A DNA stretch of 64,000 nucleotides, from positions 3,348,001-3,412,000 of the forward strand of contig NC_043010.1 in the NCBI RefSeq assembly GCF_006345805.1, given 5' to 3'. Positions within the stretch are counted from its first letter, which is position 1, and each line of letters opens with the position of its first letter. Below the pieces are notes generated by a model, which searched no databases, was not told where the DNA came from, and was given only the letters and a program-made list of their open reading frames with translations. The position numbers were made by a program, and so were the translations under genes. Origin of the DNA: Octopus sinensis (taxonomy: Eukaryota). This document shows, piece by piece, positions 40,097 through 53,347 of the stretch.

Positions 40097-40213
40097 TGTA
40101 TGTATGTATGTATGTATGTATGTATGTATGTATGTATGTGTGTATGTATGTATGTATGTATGTATGTATGTATGCATGCATGCAGGTATGCTTAAATATA
40201 TAGAAATGCGTAG

Positions 40214-40255
<42 letters not shown>

Positions 40256-40507
40256 CACTTTTACTTGATCTGTCCCCTTCTCTCTCTACTCATCCTCTTT
40301 TTCTCTTCTCTTTCCTCTGATTCTTTGGTCTAATCTTCCACTACCCTCCTAATTCTTTGTCTCGCTCTGCACTCACAGGTCAATCTTCGACACCCATCCC
40401 TTCTCCTCTCTGATTCCTTCTTTCTCTCTCTTCTCTCTCTTTGTTGCGTTTGTCCCTCCTCTCTCTCTCTTCCGTTGCTTCTCTTTCTTTTCTTTTCTCT
40501 CTTCTCT
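40050..40507. repeat. (TATG)n/(TA)n microsatellite followed by a long polypyrimidine (CT-rich) tract
   Basis: Directly visible. Confidence 0.93.
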
Positions 40508-41005
40508 GTCACGTGACTGCTGGCTGAAATCTGCCTTTCAGCTTCTGACCAGCGTCGTGTTAACATCGTTGTTTTTCGTCCGCCGCTATAGGCATCGCCG
40601 ATAAGGCTCCTTTCCTTGCGCCAGAGAAAAAATTTGTTTGCTTGTTATCAGTCGTAAGACACTTGTTGTTGTTTTCACCGTTAATGCTTCTGTATTTCAT
40701 GTTTCTGTATTCCATTATTTTTTTGTTTTTTTATATTCGTCCCTTTTGCTGTCCTGGTGTCCGTATGCATTCGATCCTTCTTCCAGGAAATCTACGCTCC
40801 CAGCTTAGTTTTTCTAATGCTCGTTGCTTAGTTTTTCTTGGAGGGCTGGCCGTGATCTAGTAATCTCAAGATTAATCAGCCGAAATTACTACGATGATCC
40901 GGTTCTTGACTGAAGACTGAGGGTTTCGAATGTCCTGTCCGTGTTTATTGTATCGTCTTCTAAGAGTTATACGTTCTTGTCCATGTTGTATTTTTCTACA
41001 TACCT
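40508..41005 (-). mobile_element. CpG-rich retroelement fragment, probably Penelope-like (degenerate GIY-YIG endonuclease)
   Basis: Minus frame 41003-40872 reads VCRKIQHGQERITLRRRYNKHGQDIRNPQ..., resembling the C-x-K-x-Y-I-G-Q/E-T...L..R...H...IR segment of PLE GIY-YIG domains. A CTGAAGA...CGAA.GTC hammerhead-like relic lies on + at ~40920. Assignment is by eye. Confidence 0.55.
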
Positions 41006-41121
41006 TAATATATATATATATATATATATATAAATGTGCATGCATTTATAGTTGCCTGTATGTATATATAAATCTTTAAAATATTTCGGCTTCAAAGCTG
41101 TGATCATGCTGGGCCACCACT

Positions 41122-41163
<42 letters not shown>

Positions 41164-41167
41164 ATAC

Positions 41168-41375
41168 CCTTTTACTCTTTTACTTGTTTCGGTCATTTGA
41201 CTGTGGCCATGCTGAAGCACTGCCTTTAGCTGAGCAAATCGACCCCAGAACTTATTCTTTGTAAGCTTACTACTTATTCTATTGGTCTCTTTTGCCGAAC
41301 TGCTAAGTTATGGGGACGTAATCACACCAGCATCGGTTGTCAAGCGATGTTGGGGGGACAAACACAGACACACAA

Positions 41376-41410
<35 letters not shown>

Positions 41411-41577
41411 CATATATACGACAGGCTTCTTTCAGTTTCTGTCTACCAAATCCACTCACAAGGCTTTGTTTGGCTCGAGACTATAGTAGCAGACACTTGC
41501 CCAAGGTGCCATGCAGTGGGACTGAACCCGGAACCATGTGGTTCGTAAGCAAGCTACTTACCACACAGCCATTCCTA
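41168..41577 (-). mobile_element. tRNA-derived SINE, family B
   Basis: Colinear with 11028-11432. Confidence 0.9.
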
Positions 41578-41903
41578 TATATAATACACACATATGCACA
41601 TACACACATACACACACACACATACATACATATGAGTGGATGGACAAGTGAAAGAAGAAGGTACTCAACACATTTATTAAGAGTTGCATATATTATTATT
41701 TAAAACAGTATAATTCAGTCCATGAAACTTAAACTTTAATAATCTCTTTATAGGAATCGAGCTCACTGGGCTCAGGGGCTTGAACCAAGTAAGCTAGATT
41801 CTGTAATGAACCTAAAAGACCCTTTATGTTGCATGGGGCCAAATCAACTGTTTTAAATAAATAATATATACACACATACACACACACATACACACACACA
41901 CAC

Positions 41904-41983
<80 letters not shown>

Positions 41984-42469
41984 CATATATATTAGACAGA
42001 AATAATTGGTTATGGGTTATATACATGTATTATATATTATTATATATGTATTTATTATAGGCTTTGGGTGAATTCATGGTTTAATCTTATCAATCAATTA
42101 ACTGATTGAATGAAAATATAGGGAACCACTTGCCCAAACTTATCTTCTTCAGAGCCAAAACAAAATCTACTGCCAAAGCAAGAGAAGAAAAGTAAAAGAA
42201 GGCATTTGGTCAATGAAGCAATTTTTATACAGAATTCGGTCATTTTTCGTTATAAGCCTTAAGCCATTGTTGGCACTTACAATGTTGGAAATTCTGAATA
42301 GAAATTTCGTTTGTTAATGATTTGTTTATTTGGTGAGCCTGATGAGTTGAGAGTCGTGTAACAATTACAGAGTCTTACGAATGCTCTACTATGTTTTTAT
42401 GTCACAATAAAAACATTTAATGAAACAATTGTAGCAATAGTAGATAACCCATTTGTCTGTTTGGATACA

Positions 42470-43075
42470 TGTGGGAGTGTGTGTGTGTGTGTGTTTGTAC
42501 ATGCACACACATGCACGCATGCACACACACACTCTTTCTCTCTCTCTCTCTCTCCTCACATCTACATGACACTCTCACACATGCATACAAACACATACAA
42601 TCATACAGACAAAGTTCACATCATACAATAACATTCTTTGAAAGAAAAGCATACACACATACATAATCTAAGAGTATGTCATATATAAATAAGAAATGAA
42701 CATGAACACACACACATACACACAGACACACACACACACATACAAACACAAATACACACAAATACACTCACATACACAAAACACACACACATGCACACAC
42801 ACACACATACAAACACAAATACACACACATACAAACACAAATACACACACATACACAAAAACACACACACACATACAAACACAAATACACACACATACAA
42901 AAACACACGCACACACACACACATACAAACACAAATACACACACATACAAAAACACACACACACACACATACAAACACAAATACACACACAAACACAAAT
43001 ACACACACACACACACACATACAAACACAAATACACACACATACACAAACACAAAAACACACACACACACACATA
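42470..43075. repeat. CA-rich compound micro/minisatellite with a recurring ~24-nt unit
   Basis: ACACACATACAAACACAAATACAC-like unit recurs between ~42730 and ~43045. Confidence 0.9.
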
Positions 43076-43710
43076 GTTCCCAGTTGCCTACTTGGTTTTG
43101 TTGTTGTTTAATACCTCTTAGCTCCATCCTCGCTTCTGCTCATCTCTTAACTTCCAGTCAGTTCTAACATGGCTTGATACAAACTAAAGTGTTTTTCTCA
43201 ATTGTTCCTTTTATCTTCTGACTTTTCCCTCAGTCTAACTTTCTAAAGTAGAGTAGAAGTTCAAAACATCAAAGACATTTCTACTTCCTTCCCTTTCTAT
43301 AAACCTAAACCTAGTAATCATTCTTTGTCATTACTTTGTCTTCTGAGTTGCAATTTTTTGTCATTAAATGCAGACGCACATACACACACACACATACAAA
43401 TAAACATTTGCACACACAGACGTATAATTTATTTAAAGTTCATTCTATATGAGTCACTGTGTGAGCTGAAGAATTTCACTTCACAACCTGTGATTTCAGG
43501 TTCAGTTCCCACTCCATGGCACTTTGGGCAAGTATCTTTTACAATAACCCTGAGCTACTCAAAGCCCTGTGAGTAGAATTAGTATACAGAAGTTGTAAAA
43601 AGCCCCTCATGTGTATCTTTGTATCTTTGTGTGTATGTGAGTATGCGTAAATGTGTGTGTGTGTGTGATTGTGTGTGTGTGTGTCTGTGTGTAACTGTGT
43701 GTGTGTACCA

Positions 43711-43943
43711 GCGGCGAGCTGGCAGAAACGTTAGCACGCCGGGCGAAACGCGTTGCCGTATTTCGTCTGCCGTTACGTTCCGAGTTCAAATTCCGCCGAG
43801 GTCGACTTTGCCTTTCATCCTTCCGGGGTCGATAAATTAAGTACCAGTTACGCACTGGGGTCGATGTAATCGACTTAATCCGTTTGTCTGTCCTTGTTTG
43901 TCTCCTCTGTGTTTAGCCCCTTGTGGGTAGTAAAGAAATATAT
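43711..43943 (+). mobile_element. tRNA-derived SINE, family A (young copy)
   Basis: Near-identical to 34597-34831 and retains its CpGs. Confidence 0.92.
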
Positions 43944-44149
43944 ATTTATACCTCTCTGAAAATCACTGAGCTGCAAATAAATACTTAATCATTCCCCTCT
44001 TGATAAATCATTGGCAGGATTTATAACCCCCCGCCCCCAAAGATGTGTGGAATAAGAGATTGCTTTCTTGAAAAAAATTTAAGGATTAGCGGTTGTAAAG
44101 GTATCTGGCTGCAAAACAATGACTCAATATATTCCCTGAACACAATTCT

Positions 44150-44545
44150 AAAGTTTGGTACCAGCCCCTCCAGTATCTTCCACACATATATCACTGCATA
44201 CCTCTCCCGTCCTCACTCCATGGAGGAGAGTCACATCTCTTTTCAGTCTCTCCCAGTAGCTCAGCTGTTCCATTGATACAATTTTCCTTGTATAATATCA
44301 CTGAACCACCTCAAGTTTTGCTATTAATCTGACACTGCAGAGCGATCACAGTTGAGATCATTACTCCAGATGAGTGAGGACAAATGTCCTCCATAGGACC
44401 AGCCTATTTTCCTAGCCCCTTGTTCTGAAGGCTCTCAGAATCCACCTGGCCGTTCACCTGTGCACTGGCAGCATCTTGGTGATATGCATGTTAAGCGAGG
44501 CAGAGTTGCTCATATCAGTCCCAAGATCATGCGCCTTTTGTGATA
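44150..44545 (-). mobile_element. Decayed non-LTR retrotransposon (CR1/L2-like) reverse transcriptase C-terminal fragment
   Basis: One minus frame reads HDLGTDM...HITK...WILRAFRTR...LWRTFVLTHLE**SQL*...LEVVQ*YYTRKI..MEQLSYWERLK. This matches the DLG...HI...R.F..R...LEY.S..W...LE.VQR..TK.I...LSY.ERL signature of CR1-clade RT; multiple stops. Confidence 0.85.
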
Positions 44546-44900
44546 TGTTTAATGGGCACATAACAATATAGCAGCCGACACTCAATATCATTAGTAAGAC
44601 ACAACTTTATCTGTTGATGTACCAAATGAGACCCAGACTGCAAAATGGATCCAAGACATCATGATGAATCGAACACTGTATTGAATAAAGTTTAATACCA
44701 AATCCATCTTCTCATTACTTAATTATCATAATTACCTCACTGACACTGTGGATTTTTCTGAAGGTGATCCAGCAGAAATATACGATGACTGCGGATGACA
44801 ACAGGCGCCAGTGCTCTACTCAACACTTGAACACACTAATCGACTTATACTTATCAGTCCAAAATATTAATTACATGCATATATATTAGTTATATATATA

Positions 44901-44933
<33 letters not shown>

Positions 44934-44934
44934 C

Positions 44935-44986
44935 TCAAAATAAGCAACAAGAATGACTTCGGAGTCATTCTTGTTGCTTATTTTGA
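44935..44986. repeat. Perfect 24-bp inverted repeat, 4-nt loop
   Basis: TCAAAATAAGCAACAAGAATGACT-TCGG-AGTCATTCTTGTTGCTTATTTTGA. Confidence 0.97.
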
Positions 44987-45086
44987 TTATAATCATCCCA
45001 CAAATTTTTATGGATAACACCATACAAAATTGTGGTGCATCTAAATTAAGTACCATATTCATTCGAATCTAAATTTTTGCTGAACG

Positions 45087-45121
<35 letters not shown>

Positions 45122-45469
45122 TATATATACACACACACACACATGCAGCTGGGTCAACTAAATGTATACATGCTTCATCAAAGTACATTAGGACACTTAT
45201 TGGAATTTAATGAGAATAATACTGTAATAAACAAATTCTTAAAGATGTATAATTTTCCATTCTTCTTTATGTTGTCCTGACAATTTTTAAGGTGTACGAA
45301 ATCCAATGAAGTGAACTCAGGATTTACCTGTCGAATGTGGTACCAGGTAAATGTTTATTTTAAAGAAAAGAATTCAATATGTTCCCTGTCATTTAATGTG
45401 GTTAGACAGATCTCGGTTATATCAGAGTGCTAATAAGGTATTTGCCTGGATTCTAAATCTCTATTTCTT

Positions 45470-46032
45470 TATGTATAAATATATATATGTGTGTACATAC
45501 ATACATGTATGTATCTATATGTATGTTATACAGTATATATACATACATATATAAATACATATATACATATATATATAATATATATAAACATATATATAGA
45601 TATATGTACATGCTATACATGTATGTGAGTGTGTGTATGAACATATACTTGCTTAAACTTAGGTAGATACATATAAAATATATGCATATACATACATTAG
45701 ACACACACACATATATAGATAGATAGATTGATAGATAGATTGATATATATAATATATATAGACATGCATGTGTGTCTATGTATTTAACTATGTGTAATAA
45801 GTATGTGTATCTGTTTATATATGTATGTACACTTCAATAAATATGTGTGTATTTATAAATGCACACACACACACAAACATATGCTCACACACACTCATAT
45901 ATATGCATGTACATATACATCTGTGTATGTATACAAATACACATGAGCAAACATACAAACTTTCTCACACGCAGAAACATGCACACACATGTACCACAAC
46001 CACATGTACATGCATACTTTCATCCCCTCACT

Positions 46033-46083
<51 letters not shown>

Positions 46084-46089
46084 ATATAT

Positions 46090-46167
<78 letters not shown>

Positions 46168-46181
46168 ATATATATATATAT

Positions 46182-46240
<59 letters not shown>
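45470..46240. repeat. Long (TA)n/(CA)n/(GATA)n microsatellite region
   Basis: Directly visible; explains the IY-repeat ORFs at 45825-46383. Confidence 0.95.
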
Positions 46241-46241
<1 letters not shown>

Positions 46242-47374
46242 CTGTAGTTTAATATCATTTTTTATTGCATTCAGTGAATTCAATTGGGTCCTATTAAAAC
46301 CAATAATAAATTTAACCTTGTATGCTTCCATTGCAAAAATTCTAAAGCAAAAATCCGAAAAGGTAAGAAAAAATGGTAAATAAAATCTGACACCCTGATG
46401 AAGTTACAGTATTGTGTAAAAATAAGTAAGCATTAAAATAACACAACACACACACACAAATAAAAAAATAAACCTAGCTATTCCTACTATGTATCAGATA
46501 CCTTTCATCTTTAATGCACATTGGTATTTTTGCATCATTGAATTCTATCTAACTAGAGAATTTGTCCATCAGGTTATTTACCTACCAATGTACAATATCT
46601 CATTGCTTTCAAAAAAAAAAAAAATCACTGAATAATTGAGTCACATGCTCTGTTTAAATTAAATTTATTTGTGCATTATCACCTCAAGCACTTTAACACT
46701 ACATTATTTTCCATTCTCTTCAGTAGTGTAAGGCAATTTTATGAGCTACCCAATTATTGAATATTTGCGTTGCTCTCAACTATGCATTTTTTTTTTTGTT
46801 ACTGTGTAGATACTGTAAATGGCTATCCATGACAAAACTTTAAATCTTGTTTTCACTTCTCAATATCTATCACATCAATATGAATCATGAAAAGCCATGT
46901 TCACTAATGATCAACTTCAACTTTGACAGAAGCACGCTCTAAGTATCCAACAATCTATATACTACATTTCCAGCATTCTTCCATTTCCTTTTTTCTTGTC
47001 CTTTTTCTCTACATTATATACATCTCTGCAAATCCAACCATGTTCTTTTACTTCTAAATATAAACTACATCATGTCTGAAATGATATTAGCTCTTGATTA
47101 GCTTATATATTCTCTATTAATAAGGACATTCAATGCATTGTTCATCTGAATATACAGAAACAGTACTAAAATCATAGACTCTACTTGTCTTGCTTTTGAA
47201 ATCACAGTTCATGACATGACCAACCTTGCCAAGGGAGACCACATAGATATGCAGACAGTCTAAAAAATTTCACCTCCAGCCATAGCTGTTGCTATTTACT
47301 AACTTCTTTTATCTTAACCTTTGTGATAAAATTATAAGACAATATACTTTATATTTTAATTATACTAACTAAGT

Positions 47375-47587
47375 CTTTAGCGTTCAGATTACTCTTTCAA
47401 ATGTAACGTTTATTTATTCACATTGTTTTGAATTAATCATACATTATTTCATAGCTTTGAGATTTTGATAATGTGATTGTTTATTTTTAGAATGACATTG
47501 TAGCATAGGTGTGAGAGGCTGGATCTAACCAGTTTGAACATGAAACAGATTGAATATTTGGCCCAGTTTAAATGCTGAAAGGTTAAA
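47375..47587 (+). mobile_element. TTAA-type MITE, family 1 copy
   Basis: Colinear with 4355-4580; ends TGCTGAAAGGTTAA. Confidence 0.78.
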
Positions 47588-48094
47588 TATTCATTTACTG
47601 GTTAACTAAAACACTTTCTTTTCAGTCATTGTTGAAATAAATCCTTACTGAGGAGCTTTTTTAGCACTCATGTTAATTTATATTAATTCCAATCACTGCC
47701 AACTAACATCTTATTCTAGTAACATTTCCTAACCAATTCTTGTCATCTCCACTAACCCACCACCAACTCCACCACCACCTGCATCATCACTATCAATTTA
47801 TTGCAGTGATTACTACCACCCTTGCCACTACCCCCTCCCCACCTCTGCCACCATATCCCTTGCACCACTGTCACACCACTAGCACCAGTACCCCCCCCCC
47901 CGGCTATTACCACCAGTTATCAACTCTACTAACAAGTACTGTCATTGCAAACAAGATAACACGAGAACATTCATGCTATTACTCAACCTGCAAGAAATAG
48001 TAGTCAAATCTCTCTAGAATCACACTCTACTATCTTGGAAACAAAAGGACCTTTTCGATAATGTCGGGAGCAATAATGAACAGTTCTGCCAAAA

Positions 48095-48385
48095 GCAACC
48101 TAACTTTTTATGCTGATAATGTTGCACAATATAGCATTCTTATTGTTATTGATTCTACAATTTGATTCTAATCAAACAACTTCTATGAAGGCCTTAACAA
48201 ATGTTATGCTTCATTATCTTAGATCAGAGCTAAGATTCAGGTGTTTGTCAAAGATCTCAAGGATTTTGTTTACTTGTATGCAGCAAGAATATTTTGATAT
48301 GTTCCATTCTGTTTCTCTCTCTTTTTCTTTTCCCTCTCTCCCCTTTCTCCCCCTGTATCCCAAAGACTAAGCCACATCAAGAAAC
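48095..48385. repeat. ~290-bp dispersed duplication, copy 1 (partner 53610-53890)
   Basis: Ungapped alignment over about 120 nt. The 50-nt core 48226-48275 is 48/50 identical to 53728-53777; the 69 nt upstream are about 72% identical. Confidence 0.9.
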
Positions 48386-48540
48386 TACATTTATCAAACG
48401 TATGCATGTTATTTATGAGGAAAATGTACATTTGCATAAATAAAGACATACATACACATTCAAACATCATTCATTTCCACAGATATGCACACACTAACAT
48501 ACATTATGTAGATTTCTGCATATAATGAGCATATATATAT

Positions 48541-48600
<60 letters not shown>

Positions 48601-48610
48601 TATATATACA

Positions 48611-48674
<64 letters not shown>

Positions 48675-48689
48675 GTATATATGTATATA

Positions 48690-49350
48690 CAGAGGTTGCA
48701 CATAATGATGGAAACACCTAGCATCATAGCATCCTAATTTTGAAATATCTAGAAAACCATCAAAAGCTTGTTTGTTTTTATGCTTTTTTAATTTATTTTT
48801 AGTGTTCCTTAACATGTTTTGCTAAATTTGCTGTATCATCAGAAAAAGGTAATTAAAATTCATTAAAATGACAGATCTATCAGACTTTCAAAGAGGTTAA
48901 ATTGTTGGTGCTCGTATGGCAGGTGCTAGCCTAATGAAAACACCCAAAATGTTTGGTGTATCAAGAAGTACTGTCTCAAAAGTCATGACAGCCTTTGAGG
49001 AAGAGAGAGAAACCTCCTTGTCAAAACAAAACTCCAAAAGAAAATCAAAACTTTCAGATAGGGACCATCAGACTCTTATGCGAATTATTAGAAAGGATCA
49101 CAAAAGTACAGCCCCCAAAATTACTGCAGCAATTAAGGACTACCTTGAGAACCCAGTTTCTACAAAAACTGTTCACTGGGAGCTGCACAAAGCTGGATTT
49201 CATGGGAAGGCTGCAATCAGAAAACCACTACTTTCAAAAACAAACATTGCAAAGCAAAGGGGAGTAAAATCCTACAGAATTGGTCTTGAGAGCAGTGGAA
49301 GAATGTTATTTTCTCAGACGAGTCACCCATTACCTTATTTCTGACCGCCG
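48690..49350 (+). mobile_element. Decayed Tc1-family DNA transposon, 5' half (left TIR, HTH domains, first catalytic Asp)
   Basis: TA|CAGAGGTTGCACATAATGATGGAAACACC left terminus. ATG at 48868 gives MTDLSDFQRG*IVGARMAGASL...FGVSRSTVSKV...RKSKLSDRD...VSTKTV..ELHKAGFHG..A.RKPLLS, then after a frameshift W..EQWKNVIFSDES (Asp at 49317). Truncated after that. Confidence 0.93.
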
Positions 49351-49459
49351 GCAGTCAGGAATGTGGAACTTTTTGATACCACCTCATAGAGATACATATG
49401 TAGATAGATACATAGACAGTTAGATAGACAGACAGACATATTTATATGTATAATTGTAC

Positions 49460-49514
<55 letters not shown>

Positions 49515-50094
49515 CATATACATACATATGTAACATGTAGTCATGTTAGATACATAGTTTTCTCTCCTGACATTCTGCATCTCTTTCTTGACACTTCACA
49601 TTGGATTCCCTTTGTGTTTTCTTACAAGAAAAGAAGTACGTCACTTAAAGGGCTCCCATAAATATATGAGTTTATTCCAGTACAAAATATGATTCAAACA
49701 TCCCAGTGGGATTTTACAAGTGTTACAAGAAATGTAATAACAGATGTGTTTCCAAACATGCAATGTCGTTCTCCTAGTTAATTAGCAATAGGGTTTTCTT
49801 CTTGTAAAATTAAACAGGGTAACTTGAGGAAATAGCCCTTAAAGAGAGTCATCTATTTGAGATGGGCTAATTGTTTTAATGGAAAACATGTTGAGGGCAC
49901 ATGTGTGGCATACATGCTGAGGGTCACATACACGTCTGTGCTTGCTGAATGTCAATCACCAACTGACCTTTTTGGCATGCAGCCAAAGCTAATGGCTGAA
50001 AAGACACCACCTATAGTGAGAGCATATAAACACTTAGCTGCCAAGGGAGGTTACCCAACCACACTATTTACAGATTGATGTGAGCAAAACTATT

Positions 50095-50292
50095 TGTGCT
50101 ATATATATATATGTATATATATATACATATATGTATGTATATGCATATATGTATGTGTATATATATATATACATATACATACATATGTGCATATATATAT
50201 ATATGCATATATATATATATACATATATATATGTATATATACACATATATATATACACATATATATATATATACACACATATACATATACAC

Positions 50293-50353
<61 letters not shown>

Positions 50354-50655
50354 TATATATATATATATATATACTCTTTTACTCATTTCAGTCATTTGAC
50401 TGTGGCCATGCTCTAGCACCACCTTTAGTTGAGCAAATAAACACAGATACACAAACATATATACACACATACATGTATATACATACATATATACGACTGG
50501 CTTCTTTCAGTTTCCGTCTACCAAATCCACTCACAAGGCTTTGGGTCAGGCCGATGCTATAGTAGAAGACACTTGCTCAAGGTGCCACGCAGTGGGACTG
50601 AACCCGGAACCATGTGGTTGGCAAGCGAGCTACTAACCACACAGCCACTTCTGCA

Positions 50656-50697
<42 letters not shown>

Positions 50698-50840
50698 CAT
50701 GCATACGTACATATATATACATACATATGTATATATACATATATATATACATATATATATACATACATATATATACATGCATTATATAAATATATATATA
50801 TACACACACACATATATGCACATACACACAGAGACACACA
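50095..50840. repeat. (TA)/(TACA) microsatellites flanking an internally deleted family-B SINE (50374-50655, minus)
   Basis: Directly visible; the SINE matches 11028-11432 but lacks the middle segment. Confidence 0.9.
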
Positions 50841-51544
50841 TATTAACTTCCACTCTCTCTCGTTTGCACAGGTCAGATGGAATTTTTTCAGTGTTCTTCA
50901 GAGCATTAAGAGTTCTGCATTTTCATGAAGAGGGCAAACAGAAAACACTGAGTAAGACCGTAAGAGTTAATAAAAAAAAATACCTCTAAATATTGTTAAT
51001 GGCCATCATCAGACATCACCCAGCTGCTTCTAGAAGCCCATAACGCAACAAAGTTGTCAAATAACAGAGAATCTATAAACAAGAGGATTTATTACATGAC
51101 AGATATTGAAGAAAATACATCGTTTAGAATGTTACTATGGAAACAGTACAAGTAATCATGTAAGTCAGATGATTCAAATATTTAGCGCTGACATTTCTGC
51201 CATCAAGTTCTAAGTTGTTTCTTCTTTCTCTCTCTCCCTCCATCCCTCCATCCCTCAGTTTTCCTCTCTTTCTATCTCTTTCTCCCTATTTTTCTTTTTC
51301 CCATGACAACAAGACAATCTATACACGATCAATCAGCGTGCAAATAAAGTCTCCCTCATATTACCCCCTACCATCTTTAACCATTTAGCATGTAAACTGG
51401 CCATATCTGGCCCAAAAATTTTACTTGTTTTATGTTCAAAATAGCCAGATCTGGCCTTTCACATCTACCCTACAATGTCATTCTAAAAATTAACAATCAC
51501 ATTGTTGAAATTTTATAACCACAAGATAGTGCATGATGACCATA

Positions 51545-51620
51545 AAAACCCATGTAATTTACGCACTTTTTTTCCACCGAAACAAAAATAAACTTTATCT
51601 GGGTGAGTAAATTACATGAG
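51545..51620. mobile_element. Internal-palindromic terminus of a pogo/Tc1-superfamily element
   Basis: CATGTAATTTAC(GCAC) at 51551 is complementary to (GTGA)GTAAATTACATG at ~51603-51618 (15/16). Family assignment is inferred from terminal architecture only. Confidence 0.45.
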
Positions 51621-52519
51621 TAGATTGTTTACAGAAATATTTTTAAAATTTGTTTTGTTGAAAAATGATGTACAAATGTAAACATTCATACCAGGATTTG
51701 ACTCATTTAATGTCAAAATAGGTTTTTACAGAAAAAATATAATGAAGTTGACTTTTATTTATGCTGGACGGTATAATGCTTACCTTTTCTGAATAATTTA
51801 CTAAAAGCACTAAATGGTTAACTACTTTTTGAAGTTTGATGTTCATGCTGGTAATCATGGGCTGGGCCATATTTTACTGCATTTAATGCCAACGACAACA
51901 TCATAATTCTTCCTTGCGCATATAAACTCACTAAATGAATATGACTTAGCGTTCCTACAGAAACCATCATTTACCTTAAACGATGTTTAATGTCGTTTCA
52001 CATTTATGTTGAATTATGCAGCAATCTTATGTTCTCTTCATAGGACACTTGTAATGTATGTATTACCAGTTCTTTTGGTTTAGTAGATTTTTGCTATTCT
52101 TGTTTATGTCTCCTCACAGACGTGTATATTCTAACAAGTCGCTTCTTAAATTTTGCACCTCTTTTGTTCAGTTAAAGTTGCAAAGCTGTTTATTTTCTCC
52201 TAATTTTGAATGTTCATTTAAGCAGGTTACCAAACTATCAGTCTGGTCTCCCGGGTAAAATAGTAATGGCAAATTTTTAAGTTTGCTTGACATTTTATAA
52301 GTGTGAAAGGAATTAAAATTTCAATATTCTGTATCAAAGGTTCCAACAAGAATAGGCAGAAAATCAGAGCTTGAGACAAGAAGACACCTTTGACCAACCA
52401 GAATTCTGTTTACATAATCAGTTTGATTGGTCACCTTGCACTGTCAGTTGAGCAAAGTGTCATCCAAACTGATGTTTATTGGTAATTAAACTTATTTTGC
52501 AACACTTTTTTTCTGTAAT

Positions 52520-52712
52520 CTTTTACAGTTTCAGTCATTTGACTGTAGCCATGCTGGAGCACCACCTTTAGTTGAACAAATCGACCCCAGGACTTAAACT
52601 TTGTAAGACAAGTACTTATTCTATCAGTCTCTTTTGCCGAACCACTAAGTTACATGGCTGCAAACACACCAGCATCGTTTGTAAAGTGATGTTGGGTGGG
52701 GACAAACACACA
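52520..52712 (-). mobile_element. Family-B SINE, 3' half
   Basis: TTTCAGTCATTTGACTGTAGCCATGCTGGAGCACCACCTTTAGTTGAACAAATCGACCCC matches the other copies. Confidence 0.85.
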
Positions 52713-53296
52713 CATACAAACAGTAATTTATTTCATCATCATCATCATCATTATCGTTTTAGTTTTTACTTTTCCATGCCTGCATGGGCTAGACAGAGTT
52801 TATTCAAGAATTGAGGAAGAGTTTCTATGGCTTGATGCCATTCCTGTCACCAACATTTACTTGTTTCCCAGCAATATTTCCCCACAGCCAAATGTGTTTT
52901 CACTGATATTAGAAATGAAAGACGTTCATTTACGAAAATCACATGATGTCAAGAGGAGACTTAAACATACATACAGACAAACAATCAGAGAGATAAATAG
53001 ATTGACATACGTGTGTGTGTGTGTGTATACATATATATGTATATATATATATATATATACATACACTCTATAGAGTGGTTGATGTTAGGAAGGGCATCCA
53101 GTCATAAAAACCATGCCAAAACAGACACAGAAGCATGGCACAGGCTCCTACCTGGCCGGCACCTGTCAAACTGTCCAACCCATGCTAGCATGGAATGAGG
53201 ATGTTGACCAATGATGATGATGTTGTATATATATATATATATGTAAATATCTATGTCTATATCTATATCTATATATATCTATATGTATTATGTATA

Positions 53297-53347
<51 letters not shown>

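Noticed and set aside
40915-40950. Active hammerhead ribozyme in the Penelope-like fragment
   Set aside because: GAAA is GAAT, and stems I and II do not pair.
49857-50078. 73-aa ORF in GC-richer sequence
   Set aside because: No true ATG start, no usable splice sites and no recognisable domain; possibly an unidentified TE remnant.
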